64,000 nucleotides of DNA, from positions 51,859-115,858 of the forward strand of contig DASVPJ010000042.1 in NCBI GenBank assembly GCA_036382875.1, read 5' to 3'. The notes under the pieces were generated by a model. The model worked only from the letters and a program-made list of their open reading frames with translations. It had not been told where the DNA came from and did not search any database. Of the stretch, positions 31,618 through 40,910 are shown piece after piece (positions within the stretch are counted from its first letter, which is position 1; every line of letters starts with the position of its first letter). The DNA comes from Mycobacteriales bacterium. Its GTDB lineage: Bacteria > Actinomycetota > Actinomycetes > BP-191. The position numbers and the translations under genes were made by a program.

Positions 31618-31995
31618 GTGAGACACCTACGACTGCTCGTCTTCGGCGCCGGAGCCGCGCTGCTGCCGTTCGCGGTGGTGGCGTTCTTCACCTGGGCGCG
31701 CGACGGCGTGGCCGCCGGCCTCCCGGTCCTGCTCGGCCACGGCGAGCTCGCCCCGGCCACCACCCTCATGGCGGCCCAGGCCATCGCCACCTCCTATGGC
31801 GCGCCCATGCCACTCCGCACCCCTCACTGGGTTTTCGCGGTAGCCATCTCGTGGGGCCTGCTCGCCCTGACGTCCCTCTCGCTGGTCGTCCCGTACGCGG
31901 GTCGCGGTGGCTACGAGCGGCGGCTGGCGGCGGCCTCCGGGGTGCTGTTCGCGGCGAGCGTCGGCGCCCGCGGTTGGGCGATCCGGTTCGAGTGA
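31618..31995 (+). CDS. Hypothetical membrane protein (125 aa)
   Basis: GTG start. Three or four hydrophobic segments. Weak support. Confidence 0.35.
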   Translation: MRHLRLLVFGAGAALLPFAVVAFFTWARDGVAAGLPVLLGHGELAPATTLMAAQAIATSYGAPMPLRTPHWVFAVAISWGLLALTSLSLVVPYAGRGGYERRLAAASGVLFAASVGARGWAIRFE

Positions 31996-32011
31996 AGGAG
32001 GTGCGGCGACG

Positions 32012-32200
32012 ATGGTGGGCGAGGTCCTGCTCGACTTCATCTGGTACGTCGGCCTGCCCGTGATCCTGCTGCTGTTCCTGGGGCTGTGCATCACGGGCTG
32101 GCGCGAGGAGCGCGCGTACAAGCGGCTCTGCGACGAGGCCCGCGCGCGGGGAGAGGAGGTGCCCGACTTCTACCCGAAGAAGACCTCGGCCTCGGCGTAG
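32012..32200 (+). CDS. Small membrane protein (62 aa)
   Basis: ATG with an RBS GAAGGAGG. One TM helix, LPVILLLFLGLCITGW. Confidence 0.45.
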   Translation: MVGEVLLDFIWYVGLPVILLLFLGLCITGWREERAYKRLCDEARARGEEVPDFYPKKTSASA

Positions 32201-33195
32201 AGGTCCGGCGTCACGAGCTTCAGCTCCTTCGTCGCCTCCTCCAACGGCACCTGGACGATCCGCGTCCCCTGCAGCGCGGTCATCGTCCCCCACTCGCCGT
32301 GGTGGGCGGCGTCGATGGCGTGCAGCCCGAAGCGCGTGGCCAGGACCCGGTCGTACGCCGTGGGCGTGCCGCCGCGCTGGATGTGCCCCAGCACGGTCGC
32401 GCGCGCCTCGCGGCCGGTCCGGGCGCGGATCTCCTCCTCGAGCCGCTGCCCGATGCCGGCCAGGCGGACGTGCCCGAACGCGTCGAGCTCGCCCTCCTTG
32501 ACGGCCATCGTGCCCTCGACCGGCGTGGCGCCCTCCGCCACGACGACGATCGGCGCGTAGTGCGTCTGGTAGCGGTGCTCGATGTACGCGCACACCTGCT
32601 CGACGTCGAACGGCCGCTCCGGGATGAGGATCACGTTCGCGCCGCCCGCGAGACCGGCGTGCAACGCGATCCACCCGGCGTGCCGGCCCATGACCTCGAC
32701 GATGAGCACCCGGTGGTGCGACTCGGCCGTGGTGTGCAGCCGGTCGATCGCCTCCATCGCGATGTTCACGGCGGTGTCGAAGCCGAACGTGTAGTCGGTC
32801 GCGTTGAGGTCGTTGTCGATCGTCTTCGGCACGCCGACCACCTGCACGCCCTCGTCGTGCAGGCGCTTCGCCACGCCCAGCGTGTCCTCGCCGCCGATCG
32901 CGATCAGCGCGTCGATGCCCTCGCCGGCCAGCGTCTCCTTGATGCGCTCGACGCCGTTGTCGACCTTGAACGGGTTCGTGCGCGACGAGCCGAGGATGGT
33001 CCCGCCGCGCGGCAGGATGCCGCGCACGTCGGCGACGCCGAGCGGCGCGGAGTCGTTCTCCAGCGGCCCGCGCCACCCGTCGCGGAAGCCGACGAACTCG
33101 TGCCCGTACGTCTCCACGCCCTTGCGGACGACGGCGCGGATGACGGCGTTGAGACCGGGGCAGTCACCGCCGCCGGTGAGGACTCCGATGCGCAT
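32170..33195 (-). CDS. pfkA: ATP-dependent 6-phosphofructokinase
   Basis: MRIGVLTGGGDCPGLNAVIRAVV...GGDGS-like and MGR motifs. 341 aa. Confidence 0.85.
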   Translation of the reverse strand: MRIGVLTGGGDCPGLNAVIRAVVRKGVETYGHEFVGFRDGWRGPLENDSAPLGVADVRGILPRGGTILGSSRTNPFKVDNGVERIKETLAGEGIDALIAIGGEDTLGVAKRLHDEGVQVVGVPKTIDNDLNATDYTFGFDTAVNIAMEAIDRLHTTAESHHRVLIVEVMGRHAGWIALHAGLAGGANVILIPERPFDVEQVCAYIEHRYQTHYAPIVVVAEGATPVEGTMAVKEGELDAFGHVRLAGIGQRLEEEIRARTGREARATVLGHIQRGGTPTAYDRVLATRFGLHAIDAAHHGEWGTMTALQGTRIVQVPLEEATKELKLVTPDLYAEAEVFFG

Positions 33196-33352
33196 GGGGC
33201 CGACCCTACCCACGCCGCCGCCACTGACGCGGCGGGCCGGCGCGCGGCCGGCCGCCCCCGGCCGCGGCCCCGCGCCCCACCACGAGCCCGGCCCGGCGGC
33301 CGGCCTGCACCCGGCCCCACGCGCGGCGCCGGGTGCGTCGTAGGGTCCGGCC

Positions 33353-34177
33353 ATGACGTTCTCGATCGTGGCCAGGGACGGCGCGCAGTGGGGCGTCGCC
33401 GTGGCGTCGAAGTTCCTCGCCGTCGGCGCGTACGTCCCCGCCGCCCGGGCCGCCGCCGGTGCGCTCGCCACCCAGGCGATGGCCAACCTCGCCTACAAGG
33501 CCGACGGCCTCGCGCTGCTCGCCGAGGGCCGCGAGGCGGCGGCGGTCGTGGCCGCGCTGACCGCGCCCGACGACGAGCGCGACCACCGCCAGGTCGGCGT
33601 CGTCGCGAGTGGCACGGCGGCGAGCTTCACCGGCGCGAAGTGCATCCCGTGGGCGGGGCACCGCACCGGGGACGACTACGCGATCCAGGGCAACTGCCTG
33701 ACCGGGCCGGAGGTCGTCGAGGCGGCGGAGAAGGCGCTCAACGCCGCCACCGGACCGCTCGCGCGGCGGCTGTTCGCCGCGCTGGAGGCGGCGGACGAGG
33801 CGGGCGGCGACAAGCGCGGGCGGCAGAGCGCGGCGCTGCTCGTCGTGGAGGCGGCCGGGGGCTACGGCGGCGGCAGCGACGTGCTGCTCGACCTGCGGGT
33901 GGACGACGCCGCGCGCCCGGTGCCCGAGCTGGCCCGGCTGCTCGACCTGCACGACCTGTACTTCGGCAAGCCCGACCCGGCGACGCTGATCCCGCTGGAC
34001 GAGGTGCGCGACGAGATCGCCGCGCTGCTGGGGACGCTGGGCTACGACGGCGCGGACGCCTGGCGCGAGTGGGTCGGCACCGAGAACTACGAGGAGCGCG
34101 ACGTCCCCGGCGCGGTCGACCCGCTGGTGCTCGGCAAGCTCCGCGAGCAGGCGGGCGCGGCCCGGACCGGCGCGTGA
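33353..34177 (+). CDS. DUF1028 (Ntn-hydrolase-like) family protein
   Basis: MTFSIVARDGAQWGVAVASKFLAVGAYVP..., a typical DUF1028 N-terminus. Confidence 0.55.
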   Translation: MTFSIVARDGAQWGVAVASKFLAVGAYVPAARAAAGALATQAMANLAYKADGLALLAEGREAAAVVAALTAPDDERDHRQVGVVASGTAASFTGAKCIPWAGHRTGDDYAIQGNCLTGPEVVEAAEKALNAATGPLARRLFAALEAADEAGGDKRGRQSAALLVVEAAGGYGGGSDVLLDLRVDDAARPVPELARLLDLHDLYFGKPDPATLIPLDEVRDEIAALLGTLGYDGADAWREWVGTENYEERDVPGAVDPLVLGKLREQAGAARTGA

Positions 34178-35631
34178 GCGCTGTCCTCGCGATCGACGCC
34201 GGGACCACCGGCGTCACCGCGCTGGTCGTGGACCGCGGGGCGAACGTCGTCGCGCGCGGCTACCGCGAGTTCGCGCAGCACTTCCCCGAGCCGGGCTGGG
34301 TCGAGCACGACCCAGACGACATCTGGCACGCCGTGCTCGCCGCCTGCCGCCAGGCACTGGCCGCCAGCCCGGTCGAGCCGGTCGCGGTCGGCGTCACCGA
34401 CCAGCGCGAGACGGCGGTGCTGTGGGACCGGGAGACGCTGACGGCGCCGCGCACCGCGATCGTCTGGCAGGACCGGCGCACCGCCGCGATCTGCGACCGC
34501 CTGCGGCCGCACGAGGACCGGGTTCGCGAGCTGACCGGCCTGCGGCTCGACCCGTACTTCACCGGGACGAAGCTGACCTGGCTGGCCGAGCACGACCTCG
34601 CCGCCTGGGCCGGCGTCACCCGCGGCGAGACGGCGGTCGGCACGGTCGACTCGTACGTCCTCGCCCGGCTCACCGCCGGCGCCGCCCACGCGACCGAGCC
34701 GAGCAACGCCTCTCGCACGCTGCTCTACGACCTCGCCGCCGGCGCCTGGTCGCCGGAGCTGTGCGACCTGCTCGGCGTGCCGGTCGGGGCGCTGCCGGAG
34801 ATCCGGCCGTCCAGCGGGGAGTTCGGGCGGACCGACCCGGCGGCGTTCCTCGGCCTGGACCTGCCCGTCACCGGGATCGCGGGCGACCAGCAGGCGGCGC
34901 TGTTCGGGCAGGCCTGCTTCGAGCCGGGCGAGAGCAAGTGCACGTACGGCACCGGCTCGTTCGTGCTCGTCAACACCGGACGCACGATCGTCCGCTCGGA
35001 CGCCGGCCTGCTCACGACCGTCGCCTGGGACCTCGGCGACGGGCTCGTGTACGCGCTGGAGGGGGCGGTGTTCGTCACCGGGGCGGCGGTCCAGTGGCTG
35101 CGCGACGGCCTCGGCGTCGTCGCCACCGCCGCCGAGTCGGAGGCGCTCGCGCAGAGCGTGCCGGACACCGGCGACGTCTACTTCGTCCCCGCCCTGACCG
35201 GCCTCGGCGCACCGGACTGGGATCCGGGCGCGCGCGGCGCGATCGTCGGCATCACCCGCGGCACGACGGCGGCGCACCTGGCACGGGCGACGCTGGAGGC
35301 GATCGCGTTCCAGGTGCGCGACGTCGTGGACACCCTCGATGTGCCGCTGACCGAGCTGTCCGCGGACGGCGGCGCGAGCGCGAACGCGCTGCTCATGCAG
35401 CTCCAGGCCGACCAGCTCGGCGTCCCGGTCCGGCGCCCGCAGGTGCTGGAGACGACGGCACTCGGCGCGGCGTTCCTCGCCGGGCTCGGCGCGGGTGTCT
35501 GGGAGTCGACCGCCGAGCTGCGCGACACGTGGCGGCTGGACGCGCGGTTCCACCCCACCGAGGGCGCGCGCGAGGACGGCCGGCACGCCCGGTGGCGCGC
35601 GGCGGTGGACCGCGCGCGCGGGTGGGCGTAG
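34174..35631 (+). CDS. glpK: Glycerol kinase
   Basis: FGGY kinase motifs (AIDAGTTGV, DQRETAV, YGTGSF). The GTGA start overlaps the upstream stop. Confidence 0.9.
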   Translation: MSAVLAIDAGTTGVTALVVDRGANVVARGYREFAQHFPEPGWVEHDPDDIWHAVLAACRQALAASPVEPVAVGVTDQRETAVLWDRETLTAPRTAIVWQDRRTAAICDRLRPHEDRVRELTGLRLDPYFTGTKLTWLAEHDLAAWAGVTRGETAVGTVDSYVLARLTAGAAHATEPSNASRTLLYDLAAGAWSPELCDLLGVPVGALPEIRPSSGEFGRTDPAAFLGLDLPVTGIAGDQQAALFGQACFEPGESKCTYGTGSFVLVNTGRTIVRSDAGLLTTVAWDLGDGLVYALEGAVFVTGAAVQWLRDGLGVVATAAESEALAQSVPDTGDVYFVPALTGLGAPDWDPGARGAIVGITRGTTAAHLARATLEAIAFQVRDVVDTLDVPLTELSADGGASANALLMQLQADQLGVPVRRPQVLETTALGAAFLAGLGAGVWESTAELRDTWRLDARFHPTEGAREDGRHARWRAAVDRARGWA

Positions 35632-35633
35632 CC

Positions 35634-36323
35634 GTGCCGAACGCCGCCGTGCGCCTGCTGCGCCAGACCGAGGTCTTCTCCGCCGTGGACCCGGACACCG
35701 CCGCGCAGGTCGCGCAGCGGATGGTGCGCCGGACCTACCGGCGCGGCGAGGCGCTGTTCCACCAGGGCGACCCCGGCGACGCCCTCTACGTCGTCGCCGA
35801 CGGCACGGTTGCGGTCGTCGTGACGAGCGAGAACGGCGACCGCATGGTCCTCACCACGCTCGCCCCGCCCGACGTGCTCGGCGAGATCGCGCTGCTCGAC
35901 GGCGGCCCCCGCTCGGCGAGCGCCGAGGCGGTCGAGGACACCGCCGCGCTGATGCTGTCGCGGGCGGCGTTCGTGGAGCTGCTGCGCGACCACCCGCCGT
36001 TCGCCGAGCAGCTCCTCCGCTCGCTCGGCGGCCTGGTCCGGCGGCTGTCGGAGCAGGCGAGCGACTTCGTGTTCCTTGACCTGCCCGGCCGCGTCGCGAA
36101 GGCCGTCGTGCGGCTCGCGGACGACACCGGGCGGTCGGTCGCCGGCATCCCGGTCGAGGTGGCGGTGACCCAGCAACGCCTCGCCGAGATGGTCGGCGGG
36201 TCGCGGCAGTCGGTGAACCAGATCCTGCACGCGTTCGCCGCGCGCGGGCTGATCGAGCTGCACGGCCGCCGGCTGCTCGTCTCCAACCCCGACCAGCTCC
36301 GCCGCCGCGCCGGCCTCGGCTAG
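35634..36323 (+). CDS. Crp/Fnr family transcriptional regulator
   Basis: cNMP-binding domain (LGEIALLDGGPRSASAEAV) and a C-terminal HTH (RQSVNQILHAFAARGLI). Confidence 0.75.
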   Translation: MPNAAVRLLRQTEVFSAVDPDTAAQVAQRMVRRTYRRGEALFHQGDPGDALYVVADGTVAVVVTSENGDRMVLTTLAPPDVLGEIALLDGGPRSASAEAVEDTAALMLSRAAFVELLRDHPPFAEQLLRSLGGLVRRLSEQASDFVFLDLPGRVAKAVVRLADDTGRSVAGIPVEVAVTQQRLAEMVGGSRQSVNQILHAFAARGLIELHGRRLLVSNPDQLRRRAGLG

Positions 36324-36351
36324 CCGGCGGGGCCGGGTCGCGCCCCAACTG

Positions 36352-36397
36352 TGAAGATCGCCACGCGGGGCGGCGCGCTCCGGGCTTCACAGTTGGG
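36352..36397. repeat. REP-like palindromic element, family B copy 1 (ccccaactgtgaag ... cttcacagttgggg)
   Basis: 14-bp perfect inverted repeat with an 18-nt spacer in a convergent intergenic region. A near-identical copy is at 48044-48100. Confidence 0.6.
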
Positions 36398-36415
36398 GGG
36401 AAGCCTCGCCGCGGC

Positions 36416-37049
36416 CTACGACGGCTCCGCGTCGAGGCCCTTCTTCACCGCGTAGCGGACCAGCTCGTAGCGGGTGTGGAGCTGGAGCTTGTTGAGGACG
36501 TTCTGCACATGGTTCTGCACGGTGCGGTGCGAGAGCACGAGGCGTTCGGCGATCTGCTTGTACGTCAGCCCCTTGGCGACGAGCCGCAACACCTCGGTCT
36601 CCCGGTCGGTGAGCCGCACCTCCGGCTCCCCCGTCGTCATGGCCCGGAACGCCCCCAGCACCAGCCCGGCGAGCCCCGGCGTGAACACCGGGTCACCCGC
36701 CGCGGTCCGTTCCACGGCGGAACGCAGCTCCTCCGCGCTCGCCGACTTGACCAGGTAGCCGCTCGCGCCGGCCTTGACCGCGTCGAGCACGTCGGCGTGC
36801 TCGCCGGACGCGGAGAGCACGAGCACCCGCGCGGCCGGCACCGCCTCGGCGATCAGCCGGGTCGCGTCCACGCCGCCCATGACCGGGAGCTGGAGGTCCA
36901 TCACGACGACGTCGGGCCGGGTGGCCTTCACGACGTCGACGGCAGCCCGGCCGTCGCCGGCCGTCCCGACGACGGAGAGCCCCGCCTCGGACAGGTCGCG
37001 GGCCACCCCGTCGCGCCACATCGGGTGGTCGTCGACCACCACGACGCGG
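36416..37049 (-). CDS. LuxR/NarL-family response regulator
   Basis: Receiver domain (VVVVDDHPM...VMDLQLP) plus a LuxR HTH (LTDRETEVLRLVAKGLTYKQIAERLVLSHRTVQNHV). Confidence 0.75.
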
Positions 37050-37068
37050 ATCGGCGCGTCGGGCGAGC

Positions 37069-37461
37069 TCAGCGGGCGGGCACCAGGTCGAGCACGGCGG
37101 CGACGACGTCGCGCTGCGGCACGGTCTTCTCCAGCACGAGCGAGGCACCGGCCTCCAGCGCCTGCTGGACGATCGGGACCGTCGCGTACGCGCTGAACAC
37201 GATGATCTTCGAGTCCGGGCTCACCTCGCGGATGCGCGGCAGCGCCTCCAGGCCGTCGGTGCCCGGCATCATCACGTCGAGGATCACGGCGTGCGGCTGG
37301 TGCTCCTCGGCGGCGATCACGGCGTCGGAGCCGTTCGCCGCCTCGGCCAGCACCTCGAACTCCGGGTGCAGCTCGAACGTCAGCCGGAGCAGGTCGCGCA
37401 TCGACGCGTCGTCGTCGACGATCAGCAGGCCGACCCGCCGCTCGCCGGACTCCGTGGTCAT
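37069..37461 (-). CDS. Single-domain CheY-like response regulator (receiver only)
   Basis: 130 aa, LLIVDDDASMRDLL...ILDVMMPGTDG...KIIVFSAY. No output domain. Confidence 0.7.
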   Translation of the reverse strand: MTTESGERRVGLLIVDDDASMRDLLRLTFELHPEFEVLAEAANGSDAVIAAEEHQPHAVILDVMMPGTDGLEALPRIREVSPDSKIIVFSAYATVPIVQQALEAGASLVLEKTVPQRDVVAAVLDLVPAR

Positions 37462-37518
37462 GCGCCCTCCCTTGCGTGCTGGGACCGTCAGCGTAGCGAC
37501 AAGCGGGCCCCAACGTGG

Positions 37519-38616
37519 TCACTTCGGGCGAGGCACCCGGAGCTCGACCTCCGTGCCGCCCGGGCCGCTGTCGATCCGGGCGTCCCCGCCGAGCGCGGCG
37601 GCCCGCCCGCGGATCGACTGCGCCACCCCCAGCCGCCCGGCCGAGGCGGCGGCGCCGAGCGTGCCGACGTCGAACCCCCGGCCGTCGTCGCGCACCGACA
37701 CGGTCACCGCGTCCGGCTCGTCCTCGACCAGCACCCAGGCCCGCGCGCCGTCGCCGGCGTGCCGGGCGACGTTGTCCAGCGCCGCGGCCACCGCGGCGGC
37801 CAGCTCCTCGGCGTCCCCGGCCGGGAGCAGCACCGGCTCGTTCGGCGTCGCCACCTCGGCCGGCACGGCGGCCGAGCGGACGGCGGCCTCCACCGCCTCC
37901 CGCACGTCGGCCATCCCGGCCGGCGAGGCCGAACGCGGCCGCGCCACCAGCTCCCGCAGCGCCGCCTCCTGCTCCGCGGCGAGCGCGGCCAGCTCCGCGG
38001 CCTCGCCACCGAGCGCCGCGCCGCGGCGGTGGATCAGCGCGAGGGCCTGGAGCACGCCGTCGTGGATCTGCCGCGCGAGGCGTTCGCGCTCGGTCGTCGC
38101 GCCGCGCAACGCCACCGCCTCGGCCAGCCGCGCCTGCGCGTCGAGCGCGAGGCGGACGACGTAGCCGGCGACCGCGCCGGTCAGCACGAGCAGCACGAGG
38201 CTGCCGCCGGTGGACTGGCCGAGGTAGCCCTTCGTCAGGATCGTGGCGGCGCCGAGCACCCCGCCCGCCGCGACCCCGCCCCAGACACCCCAGACGATCG
38301 CCCACGCGATGACGGGCGCCGACGACCACGTCACGGTCAACGTCGGCGTGTCCGGCAGCCGGGCCCCCGTCTCGACGAACCTCGTCAGCACCAGCAACGC
38401 CGTGCACACCGCGAGGTCCGAGACGAGCCAGCGCTTCCGCGACGGGCGCCGCGTGGTGACCGCGACGGTCCACGCGCCCATGAACGCGAGCCCCGCCCAG
38501 GCGAGCAGCGGGCGGCGGTAGTGCGAGTCGTTCGCGACGACGAGCACGACCGCGTACGGCAGCGACAGCCACCGCAACGCCGCGACGGCCCGCCAGAGCG
38601 AGCCCTCGACCCCCAC
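37519..38616 (-). CDS. Sensor histidine kinase (HisKA_3/NarL-type) with an N-terminal membrane domain
   Basis: H-box RERLARQIHDGVLQAL. An ATPase domain. Four or five N-terminal TM segments. Confidence 0.7.
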   Translation of the reverse strand: MGVEGSLWRAVAALRWLSLPYAVVLVVANDSHYRRPLLAWAGLAFMGAWTVAVTTRRPSRKRWLVSDLAVCTALLVLTRFVETGARLPDTPTLTVTWSSAPVIAWAIVWGVWGGVAAGGVLGAATILTKGYLGQSTGGSLVLLVLTGAVAGYVVRLALDAQARLAEAVALRGATTERERLARQIHDGVLQALALIHRRGAALGGEAAELAALAAEQEAALRELVARPRSASPAGMADVREAVEAAVRSAAVPAEVATPNEPVLLPAGDAEELAAAVAAALDNVARHAGDGARAWVLVEDEPDAVTVSVRDDGRGFDVGTLGAAASAGRLGVAQSIRGRAAALGGDARIDSGPGGTEVELRVPRPK

Positions 38617-38644
38617 GGCGGCGCCGCCCCGCGTCAGCCCGGCG

Positions 38645-39445
38645 TCAGCCGGCGCGGCGGGTCGGCGCGGCCGAGACGAGCGACTCGTCGGCGGCGGCGC
38701 GCGCCTCCTCGATGTCGGCCTTCGCCTTGGTGGCGTACGTGTCCACGTACTCCTGGCCGGACAGCAGCATCAGCTCGTACATGATCTCGTCGGTCATCGA
38801 CCGCAGCACGAACCGGTCGTCCGCGAGCCCCTGGTAGCGCGAGAAGTCGAGCGGCCGGCCGATCCGGATGACCACCGGCATGATCTTGGGAACGACCTGG
38901 CCGGGCGGCTGGATCTCGTACGTGTTGACCATCGCGCAGGGGATGACCGGCACCCCGGCCTCCAGCGCCATCCGCGCGACGCCGGTCTTGCCGCGGTAGA
39001 GGCGGCCGTCAGGCGAGCGGGTGCCCTCCGGGTAGATGCCGAGCAGCTTGCCCTCGGAGAGCACGCGCAGGCCGGTCTCCAGCGCCGCCTGCGACGCGCG
39101 GCCGCCGGAACGGTCGACCGGGAGCTGCCCGACGCCCTTGAAGAACCCGGCCTTGAGCCGGCCCTTGAGCCCGCGGCCCTTGAAGTAGTCGCTCTTGGCC
39201 AGGAACGTGATCCGCCGGCTGACCACCAGCGGCAGGAAGATCGAGTCGGAGAACGACAGGTGGTTGCTCGCGAGGATCGCGGCGCCCTCCTCGGGGATGT
39301 TCTCCAGCCCCTCGACCCTGGGCCGGAACAGCAGTCGCAGGATGGGGCTCAGGATCGCCTTGACAATCCAGTACCACACCCGGCGTGCCCCGCTTTCGCT
39401 CGCGTCAGCGACGAACCCTACGGAACGACCACCCGTCGCGTCCAC
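38645..39445 (-). CDS. plsC: 1-acyl-sn-glycerol-3-phosphate acyltransferase
   Basis: HxxxxD motif (ASNHLSFSDS) and IYPEGTRS motif. Confidence 0.8.
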   Translation of the reverse strand: MDATGGRSVGFVADASESGARRVWYWIVKAILSPILRLLFRPRVEGLENIPEEGAAILASNHLSFSDSIFLPLVVSRRITFLAKSDYFKGRGLKGRLKAGFFKGVGQLPVDRSGGRASQAALETGLRVLSEGKLLGIYPEGTRSPDGRLYRGKTGVARMALEAGVPVIPCAMVNTYEIQPPGQVVPKIMPVVIRIGRPLDFSRYQGLADDRFVLRSMTDEIMYELMLLSGQEYVDTYATKAKADIEEARAAADESLVSAAPTRRAG

Positions 39446-39504
39446 ACCGCCCCCATGCGACGATGGGGTTGCTTCGAGGTGACGCCGCAGGCGAGGAGGT
39501 ACCG

Positions 39505-40260
39505 GTGCCGGTCCAGCCCGGGTGCGAGGCGTTCTCGTTCGACGGCGGTGCCGTCGGCGCGCTGATGGTGCACGGGTTCACCGGGTCGCCGTTCTCGATG
39601 CGCCCCTGGGGCGAGTACCTCGCCCAGCACGGCCTCACCGTCGCGGGGCCGCGGCTGCCCGGCCACGGCACCCGCTGGCAGGAGATGAACCTCACCCGCT
39701 GGCAGGACTGGTACGGCGAGGTCGAGCGGGCGTTCGACGCGCTGCGCGGCCGCTGCGACCAGGTGTTCGTCATGGGCCTGTCGATGGGCGGGACGCTGAC
39801 GTTGCGGCTCGGCGAGGAGCGCGGCGACGACGTCGCGGGCCTGGTGACCGTCAACGCGTCGCTGCTGACCGAGCGCAAGGACGCGAAGCTGCTCCCCTAC
39901 GTCTCCAAGGTCGTGCCGTCGCTCAAGGCGATCGGCGACGACATCAAGCTGCCCGGCGTCACCGAGCGCGCGTACGACCGCACGCCGCTGCGCGCCGCGG
40001 CGTCGCTCGCGCAGCTCTGGCGCGTCGTCCGCGAGGACCTGTCCAAGATCACTCAGCCGCTGCTGGTCTTCCGCTCGGCCGAGGACCACGTGGTCGAGCC
40101 GGCGTCGGGCGCGTTGCTGATGCGCTCGGTGTCGTCGACGGACGTGCGCGAGATCGTGCTGACGGACTCGTACCACGTGGCCACGCTGGACAACGACGCG
40201 CCGCTGATCTTCGCGGAGAGCCTGGCGTTCGTGCGGGCGCACGCGGAGGCGAAGGCGTGA
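39505..40260 (+). CDS. Alpha/beta hydrolase (carboxylesterase/lysophospholipase-like)
   Basis: GxSxG nucleophile elbow GLSMGG. GTG start with a GAGGAGG RBS. Confidence 0.7.
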   Translation: MPVQPGCEAFSFDGGAVGALMVHGFTGSPFSMRPWGEYLAQHGLTVAGPRLPGHGTRWQEMNLTRWQDWYGEVERAFDALRGRCDQVFVMGLSMGGTLTLRLGEERGDDVAGLVTVNASLLTERKDAKLLPYVSKVVPSLKAIGDDIKLPGVTERAYDRTPLRAAASLAQLWRVVREDLSKITQPLLVFRSAEDHVVEPASGALLMRSVSSTDVREIVLTDSYHVATLDNDAPLIFAESLAFVRAHAEAKA

Positions 40261-40910
40261 CCGGCGACACGGCTCCCGAGGGGGCGCGGTCCAACGCCGT
40301 GCCCCCCGCCGCCACCTGGAGCGACCTGCTGGACGTGGATCCGCGGGTGACCGCGGCGCTGCTCGACTCGCTGGAGGACGCCGGCGTCGCCGCGTACGCG
40401 ACCCGGTCCGACGGCGGCGACCGGGTCGCCGTCGACGCGTCGCTGCGCGACGTGGCCGAGGCGGTCGTCGCGGCCGAGCTGCCCGGGCTGCTCGCCGAGC
40501 TGGGCGAGCCCGAGCCCGAGGTGGACCCGTTCGAGGCGATCGTCGCGGCGTGGGACGAGGTGCCGGCGGAGCGTTCGTGGCCCGCCGAGGAGGACGTCGT
40601 ACGTCCCGCGCGGCGCGACGAGGAGTCGTGGAAGCCGCGGCCGGCGAAGATCGTGCCGCCGGAGGACCACTTCGTGCCGCCGCCGGCGCCGATCCCGCCG
40701 GCGCCGCAGACGGTGACGCGGTTCGCGATCGCGGCGATCGCGGGCGGGCTGTTCGTGATCCTGGGCCTCCCGCTGCTCGGCACCGAGCCGTCGCAGGCGG
40801 CGCTGGTGCTCGCCACGATGGCGATCGTGGGCGGCGTCGGGACGCTGGTGTGGCGGATGCGCGATGCTCCGTCCGTGGACGACGGCCCCGACGACGGAGC
40901 GGTGGTGTGA
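40257..40910 (+). CDS. Hypothetical acidic/Pro-rich protein with two C-terminal TM segments
   Basis: GTGA overlap with the upstream gene. No recognised domain. Confidence 0.4.
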   Translation: MTGDTAPEGARSNAVPPAATWSDLLDVDPRVTAALLDSLEDAGVAAYATRSDGGDRVAVDASLRDVAEAVVAAELPGLLAELGEPEPEVDPFEAIVAAWDEVPAERSWPAEEDVVRPARRDEESWKPRPAKIVPPEDHFVPPPAPIPPAPQTVTRFAIAAIAGGLFVILGLPLLGTEPSQAALVLATMAIVGGVGTLVWRMRDAPSVDDGPDDGAVV

